A stretch of 64,000 nt of DNA, taken from positions 64,001 through 128,000 of the forward strand of contig CAWAGQ010000010.1 of assembly GCA_963781585.1 (NCBI GenBank). Reading direction: 5' to 3'. A program made the position numbers and the translations under genes. Below the pieces are notes generated by a model. That model did not search any database. It worked only from the letters and a program-made list of their open reading frames with translations, and was not told where the DNA came from. Source of the DNA: an uncultured Gemmatimonadaceae bacterium. Lineage in GTDB: Bacteria; Gemmatimonadota; Gemmatimonadetes; Gemmatimonadales; Gemmatimonadaceae. This document shows, piece by piece, positions 57,927 to 64,000 of the stretch. Numbering within the stretch: the first letter of the stretch is position 1; each line of letters starts with the position of its first letter.

Positions 57927-58492
57927 ACTGGCGGCGCGCCTTCGCCGCGGTGGCCGTCGCGCTTCCCCTGGTCGCGCTGCTCGGGTACGGGCTGACGCAG
58001 GATCCGCACGAGATCCCGTCGCCGCTGCCGGGCAAGCCTGCACCGACGTTCGCGCTGTCGGTCTTCTCGCCGGGACAGGGAGCGACCGCCATGCCCGTGG
58101 GCGACACCGTGCGTCTTTCGGCATACCGGGGACAGGTCGTGGTGCTGAACTTCTTTGCTTCGTGGTGTCTGGAATGCCGCGTCGAACATCAACTCCTCTC
58201 GGCAGTGGCGTCGTCGTATGCGGGTCGAGGCGCCCACTTCTTCGGCGTGCTGTACGACGACGTGCCCACCAACGGACTGCAGTGGATCGCCGACATGGGC
58301 GGCCAGCAGTATCCGGCGCTGGTCGACCCACACGAACGAACCGCGATCGACTACGGTCTGTATGGCGTGCCGGAAACGTTCTTCATCACGCGCGACGGTC
58401 GGGTCGCGTACAAGCAGATCGGACCGATTCCCGAGAGCGTGCTGTTGCAGAAGCTCGACTCGCTGCTCCAGGCGCCGGCACTGCCGGAATGA
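57923..58492 (+). CDS. ccmG: Thioredoxin-like CcmG/DsbE
   Basis: NFFASWCLEC and YGVPETFFI; GTGA overlap with ccmF. Confidence 0.9.
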   Translation: MNWRRAFAAVAVALPLVALLGYGLTQDPHEIPSPLPGKPAPTFALSVFSPGQGATAMPVGDTVRLSAYRGQVVVLNFFASWCLECRVEHQLLSAVASSYAGRGAHFFGVLYDDVPTNGLQWIADMGGQQYPALVDPHERTAIDYGLYGVPETFFITRDGRVAYKQIGPIPESVLLQKLDSLLQAPALPE

Positions 58493-58938
58493 CGAAGGGC
58501 CTCGCGACTCGAGTCCTGGCGACGGCGGTGTTCGTTCTGGTGGCCGCTCCGGTCTGGGCACAGGGAGCGCCCTCCGACTCCGCCGTCGACGCGATGACGC
58601 GGACGCTGGCGAGCGAACTGCGGTGCCCCGTGTGTCAGGGGCTGTCGATTCAGGACTCGCCTTCGGAGCTCGCGCAGGGCATGCGCGGAGTGATTCGCGA
58701 CCAGCTCAAGAGCGGTCGCACGCCCGACGAAGTGCGACAGTACTTCGTGGCGAAGTACGGCGAGTGGATTCTGCTCGAACCGAAACCGGTGGGGGTGAAT
58801 CTGCTGGTGTACCTGCTTCCCATCCTGGCGGTCCTTGGAGGGTTCGCGATCATCTGGCGCTCGGTGAAGCGCTGGGTGGCTGTGGGCCCCGGCCCCGACG
58901 GAGTCGACGCACCGCAGCGCGACGTGAGGCGCCCTTAG
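58489..58938 (+). CDS. ccmH: Cytochrome c biogenesis protein CcmH
   Basis: LRCPVCQGLSIQDS and YFVAKYGEWILLEP. Confidence 0.92.
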   Translation: MTKGLATRVLATAVFVLVAAPVWAQGAPSDSAVDAMTRTLASELRCPVCQGLSIQDSPSELAQGMRGVIRDQLKSGRTPDEVRQYFVAKYGEWILLEPKPVGVNLLVYLLPILAVLGGFAIIWRSVKRWVAVGPGPDGVDAPQRDVRRP

Positions 58939-59290
58939 TCCCGGCGCCGGGGGGCGGCATGACTCCAGGCGGGTCGCGTGCCCAAACGGATATTGGGATG
59001 CCGCTCTCTGTCGAGACCGCGTACGGCCCAACTCAGCGTATTGCAGCGAGTTCCGCGTTCGTCACAGGTCGACTGTGATGAGTCCAGGGGGACTGCAAAC
59101 AGAGGACATTCCGCGTTGCTGATCCCGTCCAATACGTAGGGGATTGCCTGATGGATGCGCATAGTACGGAGGCCGAGCTTCATCTCCAAGGATCATGCGG
59201 GGTTGGGGCGGGTCGCAGACGGCGTTTTTCCGGCCGTCGCGTCGTTCGCCCGCCCCGAGTCACCTGCGAGGACGAGGGAGGGATTGATCT

Positions 59291-60748
59291 ATGAGACGCC
59301 AACAGCTGCGGTGGATGGTGTACGCCGGATCGTCCATCGCGTTGGTGTTCACGTTAGGCTCCTGTGTCGACGAGAAGATCGTCTACCGCAACGGTCCGAA
59401 CTTTGTCGCACCACCCGCGGCCGCTGCCAGCTTCCTCGGCTACGCGGACCAGCCGACGAAGCAGACGGTGTGCGGAAGCTGCCACTCGACGCAGCAGGGC
59501 AGGTGGGTCAGCACCAAGCACGCCGACGCGTTCGCAACGCTCGAGAACAGCGGCCATATGTCGGGCACCTGTCAGGCATGCCACACCGTCAACGACCAGG
59601 GGAACGCGGTCACCGACACGTCGGCCGGGTGGAAGACGACGCACGACACCCGGTACCACGATGTACAGTGCGAGAGCTGCCATGGACCGGGACAGCAGCA
59701 CGTCAGCTCGCCGACACGCGGTCAGATGCTTGCATCGATCCTCGCCGACACGGGGAGCGCAGTCACCAACGGGTGCGCGGAGTGCCACACTGGAACGCAC
59801 CATCCGTTCGTGGAAGAGTGGAGAAAGTCGGGACATGGAGCGCAGGCCAGTCCGACCATCCCGTCGCCGACCAACGCCCGCGCCGAATGTCAATCCTGTC
59901 ACAATACGCTGGGCGTTCTGTCCGCCTGGGGCGTCAACACCAATTACATCGAGAAGAACTCCTCGACCTACGTGCAGGCCGGCGTGACCTGCGTGGTCTG
60001 TCACGATCCGCACGGCTCATCGAACGAGCACCAGCTCCGTTTCCCGATCGATGCACGGAGCCCCGACGAAAACCTCTGCATGAAGTGCCATCAGCGGCGC
60101 GCGGTGCCCGATCCGGCGTCGAATTCCGGGCCGCACTCCGAGCAGGGGCCGTTGCTGCTGGGCGATGCCGGCTGGTGGCCGCCCAATCTCGACCTCGGGA
60201 CGGGGATCCAGGCCACCCACGGCAGCGAGAGCAATCCGCGACTCTGCGCGACCTGCCACGTGCTGGGCTACACGGTCAACGACAAGGCGACGGGTGCCTT
60301 CTCGTTCCAGGTCACCGGGCACCGCTTCCTGGCGATTCCCTGCGTGGATGCCAACGGGGCGCCGACCGACGATCAGAACTGCCAGATCACCTCGCGGTCG
60401 TTCAAGGCGTGCACGGATGCTCCGTGTCACGTTCACGGGTCGGAGACGGCCGCGCGATCGGCCTACACGACGGCCCAGGGGCGCATCGCCTCGATCAACG
60501 TCGAGCTTCGCCGGTTGCTGGCGCTCGTACCGGCCAGCGCGTTCACGATCGGGCCCATCTACACCACGGCGCGCGGGGCGAAATTCAACGCCGACCTCGC
60601 CGATCAACCCGGATCGTTCGTGCACAACCCGTTCCTGGTTGAGCAACTGCTCCGGGCCAGCATCTCCCAGGTGGCGAAGGACTACAATCTGACGCCGTCG
60701 CCGGGCTATTCCCTCTCGCCGCGGTACACCAGGAAGGCGGCGAACTAG
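59291..60748 (+). CDS. Multiheme c-type cytochrome lipoprotein (8 CxxCH plus one CX4CH)
   Basis: Lipobox LGSC; CGSCH, CQACH, CESCH, CAECH, CQSCH, CVVCH, CMKCH, CATCH and CTDAPCH; GGAGG RBS. Confidence 0.93.
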   Translation: MRRQQLRWMVYAGSSIALVFTLGSCVDEKIVYRNGPNFVAPPAAAASFLGYADQPTKQTVCGSCHSTQQGRWVSTKHADAFATLENSGHMSGTCQACHTVNDQGNAVTDTSAGWKTTHDTRYHDVQCESCHGPGQQHVSSPTRGQMLASILADTGSAVTNGCAECHTGTHHPFVEEWRKSGHGAQASPTIPSPTNARAECQSCHNTLGVLSAWGVNTNYIEKNSSTYVQAGVTCVVCHDPHGSSNEHQLRFPIDARSPDENLCMKCHQRRAVPDPASNSGPHSEQGPLLLGDAGWWPPNLDLGTGIQATHGSESNPRLCATCHVLGYTVNDKATGAFSFQVTGHRFLAIPCVDANGAPTDDQNCQITSRSFKACTDAPCHVHGSETAARSAYTTAQGRIASINVELRRLLALVPASAFTIGPIYTTARGAKFNADLADQPGSFVHNPFLVEQLLRASISQVAKDYNLTPSPGYSLSPRYTRKAAN

Positions 60749-60774
60749 GACGCTGCGTCGTGTGATGGCACCGC

Positions 60775-60815
60775 ACGGAGCGGGTGAGACCGGAAGGTCT
60801 CGCTCGCTCCGTTTT
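60775..60815 (+). terminator. Intrinsic terminator-like hairpin after the lipoprotein cytochrome gene
   Basis: acggagcgggtgagacc-ggaa-ggtctcgctcgctccgt (17-bp stem including G-U pairs), followed by a short T run. Confidence 0.7.
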
Positions 60816-61120
60816 GGTTCTCCCCGGCGTTATCTTCGGCCGGTCAATTGATTCGCCGGACCCGCGCGGATGATGCCTCTCCCCGGACCAGATGTGTTGA
60901 TCGCGCTCCAGGACCCCGAGCAGACGAGCCACCACAGATTGGCTCCAGCTTTCTCAGCGAGGAGCGAGGGACGCACCGGACGCGAGTGCGCGACCTGCCA
61001 TCTGACCACCTGGCAACCGGTCAACGCGGGCGGAGCGCCGTGAACGCGGGCGCCTTCTTTCGCGCCGGCCGCGACGTGTTGGACGGATCCGCTCGTGACG
61101 CGCCTCGACCGTTGCAGCAG

Positions 61121-62638
61121 GTGAGCGGGGCTGGCGGGTTTCGGCGTCGACGCCTTGTGCCGCTGCTGGCGCTTCTTGTGGCTGGTGGTGGCCGCGTGGC
61201 GACGGCGCAGTCGGTGCGGGTGACCGGTACGACTTCGGTGCAGACGGTGGACCTGCGGCCGCTTGTGGACGACAGCGTGCTTGCCACCGAAGCCGAGGGG
61301 ACAGGTCCGTATCGGCAGCTCGCCGACGGCCGGCTGGTGCGATGCGTCGATCCTGAGCCCTATTGCCGGTTCCGTCGCTCGGGTGACCGGGTGACCGCAA
61401 TGCCGCTCGTGCAGGACCTGCAGGGGACGGCGTGGGGATTCGGTGAGGGCATCAGCCTGCATGCGCACGTCCGCGCGCGCGCATCGCTTTCCGGCAACGA
61501 GTTCCTGTGGCCGCGTGCGGACGATCACTTCGATGCGCTGGAGGCGTATCTGCAGGTCGACCGGGAGCACTGGCGAGCGAAACTGGGGCGGCAGTGGGCA
61601 GCCAACGGGCTCGGTCTCTATAACTTCGACGGCGGCGCGGTCCAGGTGCGTCGTGGGCGTGCGTCGCTGGAGGCATTCGGTGGGCTGAGTCTGGTGCAGG
61701 GACTCAACGAAGCACCCACGGGGGGCACGCTCGGCGACATCAACGATCTTCCGCCGGACCAGCGCGGCTACCTCCTTGGCGTCCGTGGCGCTGCGAAGCT
61801 GGGCTATGGCTCCCTCGCCGGCGTGTACCAGCGGGTGATTCGCGCCGATCGCGGAGGATTGTACTCGGAGCGATTCTCGCTCGACGGGTCACTGCGGGCC
61901 CTGGGCACCGCGTTCGATGGGTCGTTTGTGTACGACATGGTCGCCGCCCGCGTCAACGAGGCGCGAGTGCGGGCCACGCGGCAGCTGCCCCAGGCGATAT
62001 CGGCGTCCGTCGACGTCTGGCGGCATCGGCCGTTCTTCGAGACCTGGACGATCTGGGGTGCGTTCTCACCGGTTGGGTTCGACGAGGCTCGGGCCACCCT
62101 CGGCTGGCACAGCGCGACCGGCCGCCTGCTGGTTGACGCCAGCGGCGCGTGGCGGCGATACGAGGATCCCTCCACCGGACTCGAGTCCGTGCCGTTGAAG
62201 AACGACGGCTGGCGCACCGGGGTGGCCGGGCAGTGGACGCCGAGGCGGACCTGGACGGTGCATGCCGACTACGACATCGACATCGGATTCGGCGCCTCCA
62301 TCAGCGATGCCTCGGCCGGCGTGCGCTGGACGCCTAACGAGCGCGTATTCGTCGGCGGCGTGCTCAGCGCCCTCCAGAACATCTACGAGTTCCGCGTGGG
62401 TACCGGGCGCATCCTGGGAATCGGCGCCGAGGCCGGTGCGACGGTGGGGCGCGACACGCGGATTCTCGCCGATGCGGCCTTCTACGGGCAGCGCGGCACC
62501 AACGGCGCGCCCTTCACCGACTGGGGCCAGCGACGGGTGTCGGTCCGCCTTGAGTGGACGCTTGGCCGGGATGCCGGCGAGGATGCGTTGCCTCCATCCA
62601 GCGCGCCGAACGGCGCGCGGAAGGGAACAGCACCATGA
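61121..62638 (+). CDS. Putative outer-membrane beta-barrel (porin component of a cytochrome conduit)
   Basis: Signal peptide ending VATA-Q, many alternating amphipathic strands, near-terminal RVSVRLEWTLG; no CxxCH. Start uncertain (61040 or 61121). Confidence 0.7.
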   Translation: MSGAGGFRRRRLVPLLALLVAGGGRVATAQSVRVTGTTSVQTVDLRPLVDDSVLATEAEGTGPYRQLADGRLVRCVDPEPYCRFRRSGDRVTAMPLVQDLQGTAWGFGEGISLHAHVRARASLSGNEFLWPRADDHFDALEAYLQVDREHWRAKLGRQWAANGLGLYNFDGGAVQVRRGRASLEAFGGLSLVQGLNEAPTGGTLGDINDLPPDQRGYLLGVRGAAKLGYGSLAGVYQRVIRADRGGLYSERFSLDGSLRALGTAFDGSFVYDMVAARVNEARVRATRQLPQAISASVDVWRHRPFFETWTIWGAFSPVGFDEARATLGWHSATGRLLVDASGAWRRYEDPSTGLESVPLKNDGWRTGVAGQWTPRRTWTVHADYDIDIGFGASISDASAGVRWTPNERVFVGGVLSALQNIYEFRVGTGRILGIGAEAGATVGRDTRILADAAFYGQRGTNGAPFTDWGQRRVSVRLEWTLGRDAGEDALPPSSAPNGARKGTAP

Positions 62639-64000
62639 CCCGCTGGCGCCTGCCGACGCTGGTACTGGTCGCATGGACGGTGCTGGTTCCCGCCGCTCTG
62701 GGGGCCCAGCGTGGCGCGGCGTTTCCGCACCGGCAGCATAGAAGTCTCTTTCCGACCTGCACCGGATGCCATGCCGGGATTGCGACCGGCAATACCGCGA
62801 CGTCGTTCCCCACGCCGGATCAGTGTCGCCAATGCCACAACGGCACCGATGTGCGCGCCGTGACCTGGTCCCCGCCAACGCCGTCCGCCGGGATGCTCAA
62901 GTTCTCGCATCCGGTGCACGCGCGCAGCGCCGATTCGGCTGCGCGCGCGTGCGCAACCTGCCATTCTCCAGGCGACACGGCGTGGATGAACGTCTCGAGG
63001 CCGGTCCCCGCGACCTGTCTCTCCTGTCACACGCACGCCGCGAGCGGACATCTCGCCGACGACAACGCCTGCGCCACCTGTCACATCCCCCTGACCCAGG
63101 CGCGCGCGCTGACCCGGGAACGAATCGCTGCCTTCCCCCAACCCCCGTCGCACGAGCAACCGGACTTCGTGAGTCATCACGCCCCCGCCGCGGGCGACGT
63201 GTCGCACTGCGCCATCTGCCACGCCCGCGAGTCGTGCGCGCGCTGCCATGTGAACGCCTCCACACTGCCGGCCATCGCCGCACTGGATCGGGATGCGCGT
63301 GTCGCGGCGCTGGTTGCCGGGAAGGCGCCGGTCTACCCCACGCCGGTCGACCACCGGAGCAGCGAGTTCGCCTGGAGCCACGGGACCGTCGCGCGCACCG
63401 CGCGCGATCGCTGCGCGACCTGTCATGCGCGGGCGAGCTGCGAGGCGTGCCACACGCGTGAGACCGCCAATCCGGTCGTGCGCGGGATGCCCCGTGCCGC
63501 GGGCGGTGCGGCGGGCGTACAACTCGTGCATCCACCGATGCCCATCCGTGCCCCGGCTGCCGCCAGCATGCCATCGCTGGTCGCCGTCGCCGAGACCATT
63601 CCCTCCGGCAGCGCGCCCGCGCCGCGGATGGTTCGCGTGCACGATCCCGGATTCCGCACTGCGCACGGAGGTGAGGCAGCGTCGGGCGCGCTGACCTGCA
63701 CCGGCTGTCACGCGCAGCGATTCTGCGCCGACTGCCATGGCGGCGAGGGGAAGCGGCGCTTTCACCCCGCCGACTACGTGTCGCGACACGCGGCCAATGC
63801 CTGGGGCAGGGAGACCGAATGCAGCTCCTGCCACAACGCCGAGGCGTTCTGCAAGGGGTGTCACCAACAGGCGGGACTCGCCTCGAAAGGCCGGCTCGAC
63901 GTGGCCTATCACTCGGCGCAGCCGCAGTGGCTGCTCCAGCACGGTCGCGCGGCCCGCCAGGGCCTGGCCAACTGCACGACCTGTCACACGCAGCGCGACT
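62635..64000 (+). CDS. Periplasmic multiheme cytochrome c, at least 14 hemes (truncated by the window; absent from the ORF track)
   Basis: Hand translation MTRWRLPTLVLVAWTVLVPAALGAQ... gives CTGCH, CRQCH, CATCH, CLSCH, CATCH, CAICH, CARCH, CATCH, CEACH, CTGCH, CADCH, CSSCH, CKGCH and CTTCH with no stop; ATGA overlap with the barrel gene. Confidence 0.92.
   Translation, partial: MTRWRLPTLVLVAWTVLVPAALGAQRGAAFPHRQHRSLFPTCTGCHAGIATGNTATSFPTPDQCRQCHNGTDVRAVTWSPPTPSAGMLKFSHPVHARSADSAARACATCHSPGDTAWMNVSRPVPATCLSCHTHAASGHLADDNACATCHIPLTQARALTRERIAAFPQPPSHEQPDFVSHHAPAAGDVSHCAICHARESCARCHVNASTLPAIAALDRDARVAALVAGKAPVYPTPVDHRSSEFAWSHGTVARTARDRCATCHARASCEACHTRETANPVVRGMPRAAGGAAGVQLVHPPMPIRAPAAASMPSLVAVAETIPSGSAPAPRMVRVHDPGFRTAHGGEAASGALTCTGCHAQRFCADCHGGEGKRRFHPADYVSRHAANAWGRETECSSCHNAEAFCKGCHQQAGLASKGRLDVAYHSAQPQWLLQHGRAARQGLANCTTCHTQRD

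Noticed and set aside
59291..60748. NrfA or octaheme nitrite reductase
   Set aside because: There is no CxxCK catalytic heme motif and no nrfH/nrfBCD in the window; the porin context fits electron transfer better.

Overview
A GC-rich (roughly 69% by eye), gene-dense 64-kb bacterial chromosomal segment. Gene content (PadR plus duplicated ADOP permeases, Gly/Arg-rich secreted peptidases, Tat-exported DsrE-like protein) suggests Gemmatimonadota or Acidobacteriota; this taxonomy is inference. I saw no rRNA, tRNA, CRISPR array, integrase or transposase. About 50 CDSs are supportable. Two loci stand out. (1) A seven-gene divergent lipid cluster at 46.0-52.9 kb encodes an SPT-like alpha-oxoamine synthase, an ADC-fold protein lacking the catalytic Lys, a DAG/sphingosine-kinase-family kinase, a Zn-dependent MDR reductase, a PlsC-type acyltransferase, a Tam41-like cytidylyltransferase and a CDP-alcohol phosphotransferase. 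It looks like a phosphosphingolipid pathway without recognisable bCerS or CerR. (2) A full ccmABCDEFGH operon is followed by an 8(+1)-heme lipoprotein cytochrome, a beta-barrel protein and a periplasmic cytochrome with at least 14 hemes, a candidate porin-cytochrome conduit for extracellular electron transfer. Also present: a VOC protein with a ~170-aa histone-like tail, orphan soxCD-like and comDE-like pairs, a decayed XRE-regulator module and a probable frameshift. All calls come from reading motifs by eye; no database searches were run.
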